Source of the DNA: a phage
Length of the DNA stretch: 566 nt
Strand: one strand, 5' to 3'
Sequence record: EF517030.1
Numbering within the stretch: position 1 is the stretch's first letter; every line of letters begins with the position of its first letter. The notes below the pieces were generated by a model. That model was given only the letters and a program-made list of their open reading frames with translations, made no database searches and was not told the DNA's origin. Positions 1 through 566 of the stretch are shown here, piece after piece. Made by a program: the position numbers and the translations under genes.

Positions 1-1
1 C

Positions 2-106
2 TGGGAAAAAGAAAACCCGCCAGTACAAGCAACTGGGTGTATAGCTTGCTTAGAGAAAGATGACCGTTATCCACACACATCTGTAACAAAGAAGCTAACG
101 ATATGA
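2..106 (+). CDS. 5'-partial ORF in frame 2, resembling the N-terminal segment of a T7 gp1.7-like nucleotide kinase; ends prematurely at TGA 104-106 (possibly a frameshift-truncated fragment)
   Basis: Frame 2 is open from the window edge for 34 codons (WEKENPPVQATGCIACLEKDDRYPHTSVTKKLTI) and stops at TGA 104-106. Through ...DDRYPHT it matches my recollection of the T7 gp1.7 N-terminal region; the last 7 residues (SVTKKLT I) look like out-of-frame read-through. The start codon lies upstream of the window. Confidence 0.5.
   Translation, partial: WEKENPPVQATGCIACLEKDDRYPHTSVTKKLTI
89..94 (+). promoter_or_regulatory. Weak Shine-Dalgarno-like purine run (AAGAAG) upstream of ATG 103
   Basis: AAGAAG at 89-94, 8 nt before ATG 103. 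It matches only GAAG of the AGGAGG consensus, so it is a poor ribosome binding site by sequence. Initiation may instead rely on termination-reinitiation coupling at the ATGA overlap (103-106). Confidence 0.35.
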
Positions 107-566
107 CCGAACGTGAACAAGAGATGATTATTAAGTTGATAGACAATAATGAAGGTCGCCCAGATGATTTGAATGGCTGCGGTATTCTCTGCTCCAATGT
201 TCCTTGCCACCTCTGCCTCGCAAATAACGATCAAAAGATAACCTTAGGTGAAATCCGAGCGATGGACCCACGTAAATCACATCTGAATAAACCTGAGGTA
301 ACTCCTACAGATGACCAGCCTTCCGCTGAGACAATCGAAGGTGTCACTAAATCTTCCCACTATATGCTGTTTGACGACATTGAGGCTATCGAAGTGATTG
401 CTCGTTCAATGACCGTTGAGCAGTTCAAGGGATACTGCTTCGGTAACATCTTAAAGTACAGACTACGTGCTGGTAAGAAGTCAGAGTTAGCGTACTTAGA
501 GAAAGACCTAGCGAAAGCAGACTTCTATAAAGAATTCTTTGAGAAACATAAGGATAAATGTTATGC
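103..566 (+). CDS. 1.7: T7 gp1.7-like nucleoside monophosphate (dTMP/dGMP) kinase, C-terminal portion or short form; 3' end runs off the window
   Basis: ATG 103-105 is the first start codon after the frame-1 stop at 61-63. The frame is open for 154 codons to the window end: MTEREQEMIIKLIDNNEGRPDDLNGCGILCSNVPCHLCLANNDQKITLGEIRAMDPRKSHLNKPEVTPTDDQPSAETIEGVTKSSHYMLFDDIEAIEVIARSMTVEQFKGYCFGNILKYRLRAGKKSELAYLEKDLAKADFYKEFFEKHKDKCY. This agrees with my memory of T7 gp1.7 (unverified). T7 is known to make a shorter gp1.7 form from an internal in-frame start. Confidence 0.8.
   Translation, partial: MTEREQEMIIKLIDNNEGRPDDLNGCGILCSNVPCHLCLANNDQKITLGEIRAMDPRKSHLNKPEVTPTDDQPSAETIEGVTKSSHYMLFDDIEAIEVIARSMTVEQFKGYCFGNILKYRLRAGKKSELAYLEKDLAKADFYKEFFEKHKDKCY
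550..554 (+). promoter_or_regulatory. Shine-Dalgarno (AAGGA) for a downstream gene starting at ATG 563
   Basis: AAGGA at 550-554 lies 8 nt upstream of ATG 563-565 (frame 2), embedded in the last codons of the kinase ORF. This is the typical compact phage arrangement in which the next gene's RBS sits inside the preceding gene. Confidence 0.4.
563..566 (+). CDS. Probable start of the next early gene (T7 gene 1.8-like), only 4 nt inside the window
   Basis: ATG 563-565 with good SD spacing. From memory, T7 gene 1.8 begins a few nt before the gene 1.7 stop. The other nearby ATG (558-560) is only 3 nt from the SD and is less likely. It cannot be confirmed without downstream sequence. Confidence 0.3.

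Noticed and set aside
71-80. Short CA dinucleotide run (ccacacacat) as a repeat or slippage hotspot
   Set aside because: Only about 3.5 CA units, too short to call a microsatellite. It is adjacent to the suspected indel at 80-81, but the extra nt appear to be TC/CT rather than a CA unit, so repeat slippage is not supported.
64-106. Programmed -1 ribosomal frameshift joining the frame-2 and frame-1 ORFs
   Set aside because: No X XXY YYZ slippery heptamer and no obvious downstream stem-loop or pseudoknot in the overlap region. The nearest candidate (A AAG AAG, 88-94) is not a canonical slip site. A simple indel is the more parsimonious explanation.
348-370. T7 RNA polymerase promoter-like core (CACTATA at 358-364)
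   Set aside because: Only about 14 of 23 positions match the T7 consensus TAATACGACTCACTATAGGGAGA. The specificity region is TTCC instead of GACT, and the +1 position is T rather than G. No T7 promoter is known inside gene 1.7. This is a chance partial match.
463-483. Walker A / P-loop-like motif (RAGKKS) in a nucleotide kinase
   Set aside because: The segment YRLRAGKKS does not fit G-x4-G-K-[ST]: the first glycine is missing and the spacing is wrong. This agrees with the reported absence of canonical nucleotide-binding motifs in gp1.7.
1-566. Reverse-strand coding potential
   Set aside because: Stop codons on the minus strand (TTA/CTA/TCA read on the plus strand) occur in all three minus-strand frames at short intervals, leaving no ORF longer than roughly 230 nt and none with a convincing start and RBS. 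T7-like genomes are transcribed entirely from one strand.

Overview
The whole window is + strand coding sequence and reads as the gene 1.7 region (nucleoside monophosphate kinase) of a T7-like coliphage. This identification is from memory of T7 gp1.7, not from a search. Two ORFs are directly visible: a 5'-partial ORF in frame 2 (nt 2-106, stop TGA 104-106) and a frame-1 ORF starting at ATG 103-105 that stays open to the window end (154 complete codons). They overlap as ATGA. No frame is open across the window: stops lie at 61-63 (frame 1), 104-106 (frame 2) and 42-44 (frame 3). As I recall it, T7 gp1.7 is a single 196-aa protein, so the two ORFs look like one gene split by a frame change between nt 64 and 103, most plausibly 2 extra nt near 80-81. 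Whether this is a real mutation, a natural variant or a sequence error cannot be decided without a reference alignment. A likely start of the next gene (ATG 563-565 with an AAGGA Shine-Dalgarno) sits at the 3' edge. I found no RNA gene, CRISPR array, mobile element, convincing promoter or terminator, and no evidence of a novel multi-gene system. The interrupted kinase gene is the item worth a second look.
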